Source: Neoechinorhynchus agilis (taxonomy: Eukaryota > Animalia > Acanthocephala). Taken from it: a stretch of 64,000 nt of DNA. Below, piece by piece: positions 10,963 through 22,779 of the stretch. The notes beneath the pieces were generated by a model. The model had not been told where the DNA came from, searched no databases, and worked only from the letters and a program-made list of their open reading frames with translations. Position 1 is the first letter of the stretch, and each line of letters opens with the position of its first letter. A program made the position numbers and the translations under genes. Location of the stretch: positions 14,052,784 through 14,116,783 of the forward strand of contig CM121341.1 in the NCBI GenBank assembly GCA_051530055.1. Direction: 5' to 3'.

Positions 10963-13900
10963 TTACCCGAACAAATCCTCAAGTTCGTCTCTTGCACTCT
11001 TCGTCTTTTTTTGTTCACCGTTCGTGGCCACTAACCCGTTCATAAGTGCAGATAATTGTGCCACTGAGGTGCGCGGATTAAGCAAATCCTTGAACGGATC
11101 CAGTTCTTTACGGTCAATCGGCGTATCATTGCGCTTCTCAACCTGTTGACAAAGCGCAAGACCTTTATCTAAATTATTAATGATATCGTCCATCAATGAG
11201 GTTGCTTTATCCTTCGTCTCAGATTGTACGCTTAATCTTAGGCTCGTTGACGACGATGACATAATTGTATTTGCGAATAGTGCCGCTCTGTTATTACATT
11301 CAATATCCTCCATTTGAATAAATTTCTTCTTTCGATCAATTTCGATCATTTCGATTGCACTTTTGATCGTTGTCATAATGGAATTGAACTATGCGATATA
11401 ATAGCAAAATTGTGGTTTGTTTTAAAGAAAAATTGCACCTGATCAGCGTTTAGTGAATTTTCCATGCTCAACGGAAGCAACAGTGGAACTATTCTCTTTG
11501 CAATTATCTCAGTTGGGATTTTGTCTCTTGTCTGATACATGACCGTCTTTATAATTCCTTTGATGAACAAATTAACAATCTTAACTTATATAATGCAGTT
11601 CTCGTAAAAACATGCGATTCTACACTAAACACCGACTTCTACAGATCATCTGAGACTCAGCATGTATAGTTTGTTGGATGGACTTTTAAAGAGAAAAAGT
11701 TACATCTGAGATCAGAAGTAGGCGTTGGATCACGGTTAACTTTAAAATTTCGCTTCCCGGTTATTTCAAGCGTTTAGAATTAATATGTTTCTACAATTCC
11801 AATGATTATCAACAATCATTTAAAATATAAGCATGCGGTTTTTCTTATAATCGCTTTCGATTGTATATACAGCTTACCAAGCACGGTCATGATTATGGCT
11901 GGCTCACGATATGGAATTGATTCCAAAAGAGGTAGAATATCATCAACCATCATCCATTTATCGAATGTTTTCACAAGCTTGCCAATGCAAAGCAAAGATC
12001 CAGTTCGAGTCTAAAAAATAACCAGCCATAAATTCAACAAAGTCGATTTGGTCTTTAAGAATTAAAAACAAATTTGTCCAAAACACGGAAATCATTAGAA
12101 ATGTGATTTATTTCGATAACGAATATTTATTTTTAGGCCTCACGGCGGAAAGATTTGGTTTACTCTGATTTAATTTTTTATAACTTAAAAAATTTCATCA
12201 ATTGAAGCCGGCATATAATATTTTCAGTAAATTTTATTTAAATTATAAGAAAAAGTTGCAAACAAATTACCGAAAGAGTTGAAGCAGGATCCAAGCAAAT
12301 CTTTTTTAACCTTGGTAAAATGGCAGTCCTGATATGTGTATCGGAAAGGTTTTCTGAAGTCTAGTCCACTTTAAATAGAAAGCCGTTCATCGCGTAGTAT
12401 CAAGAGCTGGAGCAAAGTCCGGTATTGTTTGTAAGCAGACATCCTAAAGATTTGAAAATCAGAGAGGTTTTTGTATAACATGTTTTTTACCTGAACGTGC
12501 GGCGCTTGAGAATCTAAACCGTTTCGTACAACAGGAAGCAGATAGTTTCTTATATCATCTTGAGTACAGTTCTTTAGTATTAGAGACATGTTTCGCATTA
12601 TGATAAAAACAGTCTCAATGCTCATTTGTTGCATTGTTAAAATAGATTTCAAACTCATCAGAACTCGATCGGAGTAGTCCTTATTTTTCTCGCACTTTTC
12701 CAAAATCGTGAAAATGTTTGGAAGTATAAATGGTATCATGCTGACGTTTACAAATTCAAGTTCAAATGCGGTCAAGAGTCGATGAACACTTAATTTCTTG
12801 AAGCGCATGATTATGATATTATTTAAGAGTATTATAGCCAAAAATTACACTTACCAATGGGAGTACGTCAATTATTGGAGAAAGACTTTTGTAGAATACT
12901 GATCGCTGAGCTTCGTCTACATCGCATAACCGTGCGTTATTCACTTTAAAGGCGTTCAGAGGTAGTCCCGAAAGTCGTGAATAGTGCTCGGTTAAAATAC
13001 TTCGAAAAGTGAGTCGAGGCATTCGAGAGTTCTTACACTGATGTCATCAAAGAAGTCGCTCTAAATACATTTTTTGAACTATTGGTATAAAGTAACGAGT
13101 GTTCCAGTAAAAATTCTATCAGGACCCAAAGGTACATGTTTTCTATTCTTTGTGGATTAAGAAATAAACGTGTTATTATTACGCCTTTTCAATTTCATTG
13201 TATTCACTCAGAAATCTTAACTCATCCATTAATTTTTTTTCAATCTACGTTGTATAAGTATAGTGTTAAATTTGAATTTAGTAAAAATGCATTTTCAGAT
13301 TGATTCTACAAACCTTGATAAATTCTGCAATGATGGTTCGATGTGCCGGATCAAATCGAAGAAGACCCATAAGGGCATTTTCAATCTGTTCGTTACCAGA
13401 GCGAGTTGCTAAACTTAGCCTAATAGTAGACAATCTCTTCATTTTGCTAATTTTCGGTTGGTTAATTTCCGAAGGAAATAACTCTTTTCCGTGATTGTAG
13501 AGGGCGTACGTAACGAGTCCAAGTGAGTACACATCTGATTGAGGAAGGTTTCGTTCGTTGACGCGATTTTGAATGCATTCTGGTGATCTATACGCAGGAT
13601 CAGGACTCGATATTTCATCAGATTTATCGGTGTCCATCCAAACTTGTACGGGATATGAGGAATCCGTACTTCCCGCAATACCCTTTCCCTGAACACCAAA
13701 CTCAAAACAAGCCAGTTTCCATTGAAGGGATTGAGTGGCCACGAGTATACTTGACGGACAAATATTTCCATGGACGATTCTGGCGTCTTTGTGAAGGAAC
13801 AATAGAGCTTCGGACATCTAAAAAAAATTATGTCGAGAGCAGTTTATCGAATATAATAATTTGAAATACCTGAAGGAGGCCGTATCTGATTTCAACGTCA

Positions 13901-14535
13901 GAGAAGGACTCATGCCTTTCGATTGCGTCCGATAAGCTTCCTTTTACGGGTTCACTCGCAAATGCTATGCTGTCCCTTCAAAAAGATGAACACATTAGGG
14001 CTTAGTCTGAGGACCCGGAACCATAAAAATGAGTCCTTAACCTAATATGCTGAAAACTTACCTAGACTCTTCCAAGGTTTGTTGAACACTCAGAACATGT
14101 GGATGCTTTATTCTAGCCAACATCTGAACAGATCTCCTGAATCTTTCCAAAACAGCTTCTTTAGTCTGTTTGTCATACTTGCCGAGATTTTTCTTTTCCA
14201 ACACAAACACTGAAGCTTCCTTCTTTGAAACAATTTATTTAAAAACCTTCCTTTAACCGACTAACTTGTTTATTTGACCGTCTTACTGCACTATACACCG
14301 CCCACATTCCTCGCGAACCCGCACTTCCAACCTTGTGCAAGATCTGATACAAAGCTTAATGGTAAAACTTATTGGTTTGACAAACCTCGTAGTCTCGGTT
14401 CAAAGGGTTTCCCGGTAAAACATCTCTGACTGTGTTCTGGACGCTATATACAGTATCAACCACTCCCCGCATCAACACATTCTTCATTGTGCCACCGTAG
14501 GACTTTATTTTGTCAAAATATTCGTTGGTTTTCAT
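10963..14535 (-). CDS. SCYL2: SCY1-like pseudokinase 2 (CVAK104), multi-exon
   Basis: N-terminal VLPGNPLNRDYE|ILHKVGSAG...EASVFVLEKK...LARIKHPHVLSVQQTLEES, kinase-like IVHGNICPSSIL and WKLACFEF, HEAT-like middle region, C-terminal ELEDLFG*. Confidence 0.9.
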
Positions 14536-14864
14536 GATATTGTCGCTTTAGCGTTATGATGAACTCTTTAAAAAAATTAAAATTCGCCTCTCGTTCTAAA
14601 AGAAAGTTTAAAGGAACAAGACGTTAACCAAATAGTTTCACCCCTGCCGTTGCTTAAATTTGCGAACAACTGCTACGTCGAACCCTCCTTTTTTCAATGC
14701 TCATCCGTTCACGTGGTTTTCTTCCGGTTTTAGACCACCGCTACTTCCACGTTCAGTTTGAAGTCATATTTTGCAAAAAAATGAAGCGATTAGTCCTCTC
14801 GTATATTTTTTTGATGTCTTTAATTTAGCAATTTACGCGGTTGAAACGAATGTTTTTGCATTTT

Positions 14865-15260
14865 TGACCAATATTTCGTTTTACTTCTTCAGCGTCTTCC
14901 AAAAATCTACAAAGGCAGTTGGAAAAAGGTCAATGATAAGGCTAACTCGTACCTTTCGTTAAGCGCCATAACTCTTTACTGCGATTACCAGTCCCACTTT
15001 TCACCTCAACCGAAAGTTCCAATGGGTCATTTGATTGGTACCTCGCGGAAATCGAAAGTTTGACTTTTGACCCGGTTGGATCGGCCGCGTTTAGCTTCAA
15101 TGTGTTCCCGTCTTCTCCCATATCGTCAACGTGAATACAAAGAATTGGTCTTTCCAAAGAAAACGGATAAATACAATCGTATCCGCGTGTACATTAACGT
15201 AAAAGCAGAATGCCCGGGAATTGTATGCCCAGACGATCACCAGCTCGATTACTAACTAGC
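14865..15260 (-). mobile_element. Heavily decayed Penelope-like GIY-YIG 3' end with a hammerhead remnant
   Basis: Stop-interrupted frame VFFGKTNSLYSR*RYGRRREH...SQTFDF resembles YIGQT..R..EH..H.FDF. It is followed by ctgaagaagtaaaacgaaatatt at 14870-14893. Confidence 0.4.
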
Positions 15261-16189
15261 TCAAGATACGGTTGATGTGCTCGTAGTATTTGTTCGCCGT
15301 ATCAGATACATAAACCATCGCAATTCGGCAGCAGAATAAAACTTCATGCGATAATAGCTGCATAATACTTCGATCCAAGTTTTCGACAGAATCTAAAAGT
15401 TCTGTCTCCATAAACGGCACTCTGGAGCACCAATATAATTACTCGTCGCACACCAAGTTTCAATCGTCTGATAATTAGCATCAGTTATCTGTTCATTCCA
15501 GGACTATAAGTAGTAAGCCAAGGCTAAAAGGTGTCCAGTAAATACAAACACCGCCCCTTTTCCATCAGGATTTCGGAAAGCTATTTGAGTTCGATTCCGA
15601 TGTGAACCGGTTAACTCTAGTAATGCACGATACTTCAGAAAAAATGTCTTATAATACACAATCGTGATCGCTTATCTATGGGTGAAACGTCAACCTGCCC
15701 GCTTTAATATCCGCTCCAAAACAATCTACAAGGGTATTTTTCGTTAAACACCATAACACGTCTCATGTTGGCCTTATCCTCTCTACGACACTCCCAGTGT
15801 TGTATGCAATGATCAAAACGCATAAGATGCCCAATGTTGATATCGCAGGGATAATTGGATCATCGCTGAAATCTACGCCAATCATTTCTGCTATGAACGA
15901 TATCGGTTCTCAAAACCATTAGCCCGCATATCCATTCGACTCACGATTGTGAAATTTCATCCAAAGACCAGGCGGCTTCTCTTATAAGAAGTTATTTTTG
16001 GGCTCGTTTGATAGTTTTAATGCTGTGATAATTTCTCCGTACTCAATATATAAACGAGTTTATAGTTTTCACGCCACGTTTTATTGCTGCACAAAGAAGA
16101 GGGCACCATGTAGCTTTGGGTTATCATAAATACTCGAGTTCTGATTGAATAAATGAATCTGGCTATTGATTTTGGAGTGATTTACGAGT

Positions 16190-19100
16190 CCGGGCGGGTG
16201 GGAATATCCGGTCGGGTTGGAAGGTCCGTTCTGGTGGGAATTAGTGGTTATTGTTTGCAGAAGCGCTTGTAAGGTTGGTCTTTCCTCAGGTTCATTTCAG
16301 GTTATGATATCCGAGGAAATTGGGCAGCATGGAAAAAGAAGCGTAGATATAGGGAGGCGCGAGGTATAGGAGGGTGAACCGAATTAGGATTACGAGAGTT
16401 GTACTCGTGTGAAAAAGGAGCGATATGTGGTAGAAATTGTGGTGGTAGGGTTGATAGGCCTTTTGATTGTTTTATGAAAATAGTATCAAGGCATTCAGTG
16501 AGAGGGGGGAAGTAAGTTGTGCAAATTTTAGATGCTCACTGATGAAACATTTCAAGACGACGGATTTGAGATTTCGATAGATTGCAAAAGGCGGGAAAAC
16601 CGTAGGTGGGGGAGGGTAAAACAAAGCAGAAAATTTGTAGAGATCGGGTGAAGAGATTCCTAAACGTCGAAGGCGTTTGAGGAGATAAATTTTAAAGATG
16701 TTGAGCTTGAGGAAGAGAGTAATGTACGAGTCTCATTTCAAATTTGATTGAAATTGGAGACCTAGAATTCTTAGGGAGGCTACTCGTAGGATGTCTTTCA
16801 GAAGCTCAGGGGAGGATGTGGGGTTACGAGAGAATTAGGGGAACATTTTGACGCATTTAAAGAAATTCAGGTGGAGCTTGTGATTGATCGTCCGCATAGA
16901 AGAAAAGTTTAGAGTGAGAGGAGAGAAGTTTGTTGTCGTTTAGGAAAATATTAAAAAGAAGTGGTGACAGCACAACACCTTGAGGTACGCTTTTGGTGAT
17001 GGATATGCTGATAGAGGAGGCAGAACGGCTATGAATGTACTGTTTGCGATTGTGAAGATAAGATTCGAGCCAGCGGATCTGAAACAAGTTGAGACCAAGA
17101 TCAGAGCTGATCCGGAGAAGGAGTGAATGGTCAACTGAGTCGAAAGCTTTGGATAAATCAAGTTGAATGAGACGGGTGACGTGGGTGGGAATATTGTCAA
17201 CGTTACATAGGAGTGTGTCATGCAGAAAATTTGGGCCTGAAACTGCATTGAATAGGTGGAATTTTTCCATTGAAGGTTTGCAGAAGGTGTGCTTTAAAGC
17301 ATCTCTCTAAGAATTTAGCGAAGGAAGGTAATATAGAGATGGGTAGAAAACTTGAGGTGGATATAAGTTTACCTGCTTTCGGGAGCAGGGTTACCCGAGC
17401 TATTTTGAGGCAATTCGGGAAGATTCCGGTCTTGAAACTTTGGTTGATTATATTAGCAAGTGGATCAATTAAATCTGGCATAATAAAACGTAGAGCCCAG
17501 TTGGGAATTGGATAGTTAGGATATGATTTGCGTGGTAGTTTCCGTGGAAGCAAGAGAGTATCATACGTGGAAATCATGGGAGGTGAAGCTGTAGAAGCCG
17601 AGAACAGTGATGTAGATCTGGAAGGCGATGATGGTTTGTTTCTGTTCGGGTGAGAGTCACAAAGTTACGCATTGACGGAGTTTAGTGTAGCACGGATGTC
17701 AAAGTTTGAGAGGTTGGAGAAGGGTTTTTGTCTTTTGATACCTACGGCGTTTTCCCTGCCAGAGGTGAATGGGAGAGGAGGCGAGTTTATGTGCAAGAAA
17801 GGTCTTGCGCGAATTGAGAATGTGATGCGCAAGGGAGGTTTGAAGGTGGGGGAAATTGGGATTGCATGCGTAGTATGCTTTATTCACCGTTATTTGGAAA
17901 ATTTTCAAGAAAAGGGACATTCAATGTGGGTCTCGGCTTCATCGTGTCAACGCTTGATCGCTGTTTTGCGTTCCTAACTCACATATCAGACGAACTCACA
18001 TGTTTAAAAACTTACAAACAAAAAACTTGCGAAACGATTCCGCTCCACAACAGCCACTAAATCGTTCGTATCGGTCAACTCCTTGTCCCCCACTATCAAC
18101 GTCGTCACACGATCTAACGTCGTAAACACTTGCAAACGATGCCGAGGCCAAGGCTCCCAACCACCAAGCTCGTTCCCTGTGACGTGGACGATTGTCCGAT
18201 TACAACTCAAATATTCGTCACAAATACTTGGGCAGCAGGCCGGAAATTTATTTGCGGTTTCTGTACTGCCGCCTTGCTCAAACCGTGTTCTCCGGTTCCC
18301 CCCTTTCCCAATAAGTATTCAAACCCTAACCGCTCCCAAACCCCTAAACCCCAACCCCCTTCCTCCTCGACATCTTCTAAATCCTCCACCTCCTTTGTAG
18401 CACCCCGTACCGCTAGAAAAAAACATAAACCCCTCCTATCCTTCTACGATTACGTTTCAACATTAGCCCATCAAACCCTACCACCTTCTCTCATGTACCT
18501 CGATTTTCCAGTAAAAAGCACACACCCCTACCATCCTTCAACGACTACACTAAGCATCCCTCGCTGCGTAAATTAACTCCTCCTAGACCCCTCTCATCCT
18601 TGCCACCACTCATTCCGCACCCTACCAAATCTGGAAATTTTCGCTTCGACCCTCAGAAGCGAAAAATACCCTGGACGCGCACACTACATCACCTCTTACC
18701 ACCACCTCTTCGACTCCCAATATCCTCTTCCCCCCGAGTTCATCCCGTATGCACAGTTCCCACCCTTATGGTCGCTTCACTCAAATCACCCCCTTACTAC
18801 AATGACCACCAACGAATCCCTTACCCCAGAACTACCCCATCGGTCAACTCACATCCCTTCTCTCTGCGCAGCTTCAACCCCCTCCGTCAGTGTCCACCCC
18901 TCATGTCCCTTCTAAACACCCCTTTCCAATAATCTTTTATTCTAACATCCGCAGCCTCCTCCCCAAACTGGATGAGCTCCATGTAGTTGCCTCTTCTTGC
19001 AACGCCGACATCCTTGTAATTACGGAAACATGGCTCTCACCCCATAGCAAATTATCTGCCTTCCTTCCAAACTTTCAAGCTTTTCACCTCACAAGGGACT

Positions 19101-22100
19101 TCCGAAACGGGGGAGGCATATCGAACTTCATCCGCGCTTCTCTCCTTTACCATTGCTCTTCACCCCACTTTTTCATCTCCGACGATCTTGAATGGCTTCA
19201 CATCCAACTTCATCTCCCCGTCCGCAATGGCCAACGTGAGATCTCTATCGCTTGCCTCTATCGCCCTCTTTCCTCAAACATCCCCAACGCACTTCAACAA
19301 ACAGACCAACTATTTACTGACCTACTTTCCATTTCAGCAGATCACTTTATCATATTGGGCGATTTTAACAAACTGACGATCCCGCCGTCGCTCTCTCATC
19401 TCTCCCAACTCGTTACTTTCCCTACACGCTTCTCCTCCCGCCTTGATAAAATTTTCTGAAACATCAGGCAATATTCGTGCACTACCAAACTTCCCCCGAT
19501 CGCCTCGTCTGACCATTGTTCAATCCTTCCCTCCCCCACATCACCCCAAAAACGTTCCTTTTCCGACCACTACGTTGTCTGGGATAAACGTGATCATCAT
19601 ACCCGCGCCTTTGCTGCATGTGTCAATTATCTTATCACGCAAAACCGCTCTACCATCTTTGGTCGATTGCAATGGGTTCTTTGTTAAATCTAATAGAATC
19701 TGCGATGAAGGCCTCGTTTCCCCGCAAAACAATACGAATCTCGAACCGCGACCCTCCATGGTTCTCGCCTTTTCTAAAAACCCTTGAAATCCAGGTCACC
19801 AAAGCTTTCCGGTCAGGAATCCTGCTTTTTCCTCCCTCCACTACACTGACAAAACGCATCCGTATAGCCCGCAAATTATTTTTCTCATCTCGTCTCTCTT
19901 GTTCTGACGCCCTCCTCTGCATTTACGATACGCTTGTGCGCAGCTTAGATTCCAGTCCAGCATCAACCGGTCGTCTTGTGCAACTCGATATTTCCAGGGC
20001 GTTCGAGTCGGTAGATCACTCCCTTATCCTCCAATCATGTGCTTCCTTTGGCCTCTCAACTTGGCAACTCGCTTGGATTTCCTCTTTCCTCTCCAACCGC
20101 GAACAATATATCCAATGTGGAGCTTCATGTTCTCCCTCTCTGCCCATATTTAAAGGGGTCCCCCAAGGTGCCGTACGTTCTCCTCTCCTCTTTGACATTT
20201 TTCCAAATGACCTCCATCCCCTCACTCCCCCTACCAAATATTTTCGCTATGCAGATGACCTCACAGTCATTACTATCGCATCTGCCTCTCTCCCCTCTCC
20301 ACAACCATGGGCGAGCTCAACCAACTCATTTCCTCGCTCTCCACCCTAAACCTCTCCCTAAATTTATCCAAATATTTTGAGCTTGTCCCCCACATTTCCA
20401 AACGCAATCTTATCCCCGCGCCTCTCCCTCTCCCCATCCAACGCTCCTCTTCTCTCCGAATACTGAGCCTGATTTTACAAGAAAACCTTAAATGGGATGC
20501 CCACATTTCTTTTACACTCCCTAAAGCAAACCCTCGTCTTTACCTTCTTAAACTCGTCCGGCGTCTCCGCGTATCTTTTAGACACCTTGCTTACTTTTAT
20601 CTTTCTACCATCCTTCTTATCCTTACATACGCTTTCCCCACTTTCCTCCCCTCTCCGTCAATGCTCTCAATTCCCTTGAAACCTTCCACAAGAGAGCAGC
20701 TAGAATATGCGGGACTTCACTCCCTCCTCTCGACGCCCACCTCCACTCCATTTTCTCCATCAACCCCTTCACAATTTTCTTTCATCTCTAAATACTCTTC
20801 TTTCGTAAACACCCGTAAACCCAACCTTTTAATCCCCCCCTCGCCCGTACCACCCTCTACGAAAAATCTTTCTTCCCTCAAGCCCAATCTTTCCTTAATA
20901 ACCGGAGAACAAGGCAAGACTCCTAATCTGTCATCTTCTTTACAAAGCACCCGATCCCACGTCAACACCCCTTCAAAAACAGTCCCAACTCCCTTGCCTT
21001 CAACATCCGTCATCCATACACCGTTTAGCAAAGATAGATGCTGACAAGTGTGTGGATCGTGCATTTTTCATATAAATAAAACGTGTTTATAAAGGCGAAT
21101 TGGTTTCCTAGGAATAGCTGTAGTCATGCAAGAAGAGATTATATTAGTTAGAGAAAGCATAGCCTCCGAAGGGTTCGGGTGAAAAATAGATTTTCTGTTT
21201 GAAGAGAGATTACGCGAGACCTATTTGGTAAATGCGAAAATGTATTGATCTCTCTTATCCCAGACCGTAAAGGGGCTGACCGTACACGTTGAGGAGAAGC
21301 GGAGGGAGAGAGGATTATTGCGTAATGGTCTGAGGATGAGAAAGATTTAATCGAGATGTGAGTTGTGGCGGGTAGGAAATTTTACTAACTGGACGAAGTC
21401 AAGGAGAGATGGTGATGTTGGAAGATTATTGAAATCACCAGGAATGATTCGATGTTCAAGACCAAGAGAGTGAAGATTTGCTATCATTGCATCAATCTCC
21501 TGTGATACCAGACCGAATGAAAATGGAGCTCCACCTCCTGCGCGTTCGTCTCTGTAAGAGTGGAAATAAGTGTACTCAGGAATTAAGGCGATGTAGGAAT
21601 TGGAGGAGTGCAACCACGTTTACACAATGACCAAACGCGAAAGATGATCTATTTTAGATAACAGACTTCTTATGTTAGTTAAAAGAATGTAGGGAAATGG
21701 TTGTTTGAAAGAGCTTGAAGGTGATGTATTTTGTGGGAGTTGGTTGGTGGAAGAGTTCGATGGATAAGTTTCTGAGCGTTTTTAGAGTGAGTAGTAATTT
21801 TTGATTCTGCCAACGTACAGTAGGGATTTTCGAAGGTGCCCAAAAATTTACTTGTTTTGCTGATTATAAATTATTGGAAGGGGGAGAAGACGGTTGTACA
21901 TAGGCGAATGATGGATGGAGTTCACAGTTTGAAGTGAGCTATCTGGGTATATTCGGTATGGTAGGGAGGAATTGACAAGTAAGAAGTGCTTTTGAACGGA
22001 GGATGCGGTGTTTCGTAGATGGAAAGTGATTTCAGTTGACGAGGACGAGAGTTATTAGAGTTTTTGTCGGGGATGCGCTGGAAGGAGACCGGAAAAAGAA

Positions 22101-22380
22101 AGGGAAAGAAGGATTGGGGAAAAAAATTGTCGACATGTGGTGTTTCTGAAGGTCTAATTTGCATAATGCTGTGATTTCGTGGATACCTGAGAGAAGATAT
22201 TATGTGTAGGCCCATAGTGGGATGATATATCATGATATTGTTGGTTGCTGTAAGTCTGTTGCGGTGTTTGGGCGGTAACTGTGAGTGGTAGAGGGGGAAG
22301 GATGTATTGGAATTAAAGGTTTCGTGGGAGAAGCTATTTTCGTAGATAATCAAAGATGGTGGAAAGTTTTAAGAGATTTT
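16190..22380 (-). mobile_element. LINE family A (APE-RT), interrupted by a family B insertion at about 17940-21090
   Basis: APE at 21100-21700 (GDFNNLP...FPTRHNSHLD). Linker IPRKPIRL at about 21090 resumes as SRDPH*MSLFLK at about 17938. RT at 16857-17577 (LPISIL, LDLSKAFDSVD, YADD). Confidence 0.8.
17940..21090 (+). mobile_element. LINE family B (PHD-like ORF1 + APE-RT; CR1/L2-group-like), decayed
   Basis: ORF1 with CKRC...CDVDDC...FICGFC. APE YSNIRSL, ITETWL, GDFN, FPTR...LDKIF. RT LDISRAFESVDH, GVPQG, YADD. AATAAA near 21075. Confidence 0.85.
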
Positions 22381-22419
22381 GACTTGTGATGAAGATAATC
22401 CCGATTAAAAATCATTTTA

Positions 22420-22775
22420 TTGTACTGAAATATTTCGCGAAGAAACCTCGCCTTATCAATTATCTAAAAAAGTATTTGGTTATTGCTATTTGTCGATAGG
22501 CGAAAATAAACGAAATTAAGATTTTATTGGATATTTCGATCCATTATCTCGGATCTTCTTCAGCGATTCTCAATTCAAGCGTCACGTTACATGCGGTGGG
22601 AGTTGCATCCTTAATTTGAAATCAGGCTTATTGCCCTCGAACGTTTCGAACCTATTTATATATAAGGATTCGATGACAATACGTTCGAAACGCCGACCAT
22701 TGCGAACTAGTGTTGTAGCGGCACTAAAATCAATAGTGTGCCCTGTGTTTTGCATGGGCCACCACTGCGGAACTA
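22420..22775 (-). mobile_element. Penelope-like element 3' end (GIY-YIG C-terminus + pLTR)
   Basis: QNTGHTIDFSAATTL...RIVIESLYI...FEGNKPDFKLR, similar to the ORF at 60153-60524. Confidence 0.8.
22526..22575 (-). ncRNA. Minimal hammerhead ribozyme motif (Penelope pLTR type)
   Basis: CTGAAGA-A-GATCC-gagataat-GGATC-GAA-ATAT-C. Stem I is interrupted. Confidence 0.65.
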
Positions 22776-22779
22776 ATAT

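Noticed and set aside
14942-15157. 71-aa ORF as a host gene
   Set aside because: No recognisable family; an overlapping frame looks like decayed GIY-YIG.
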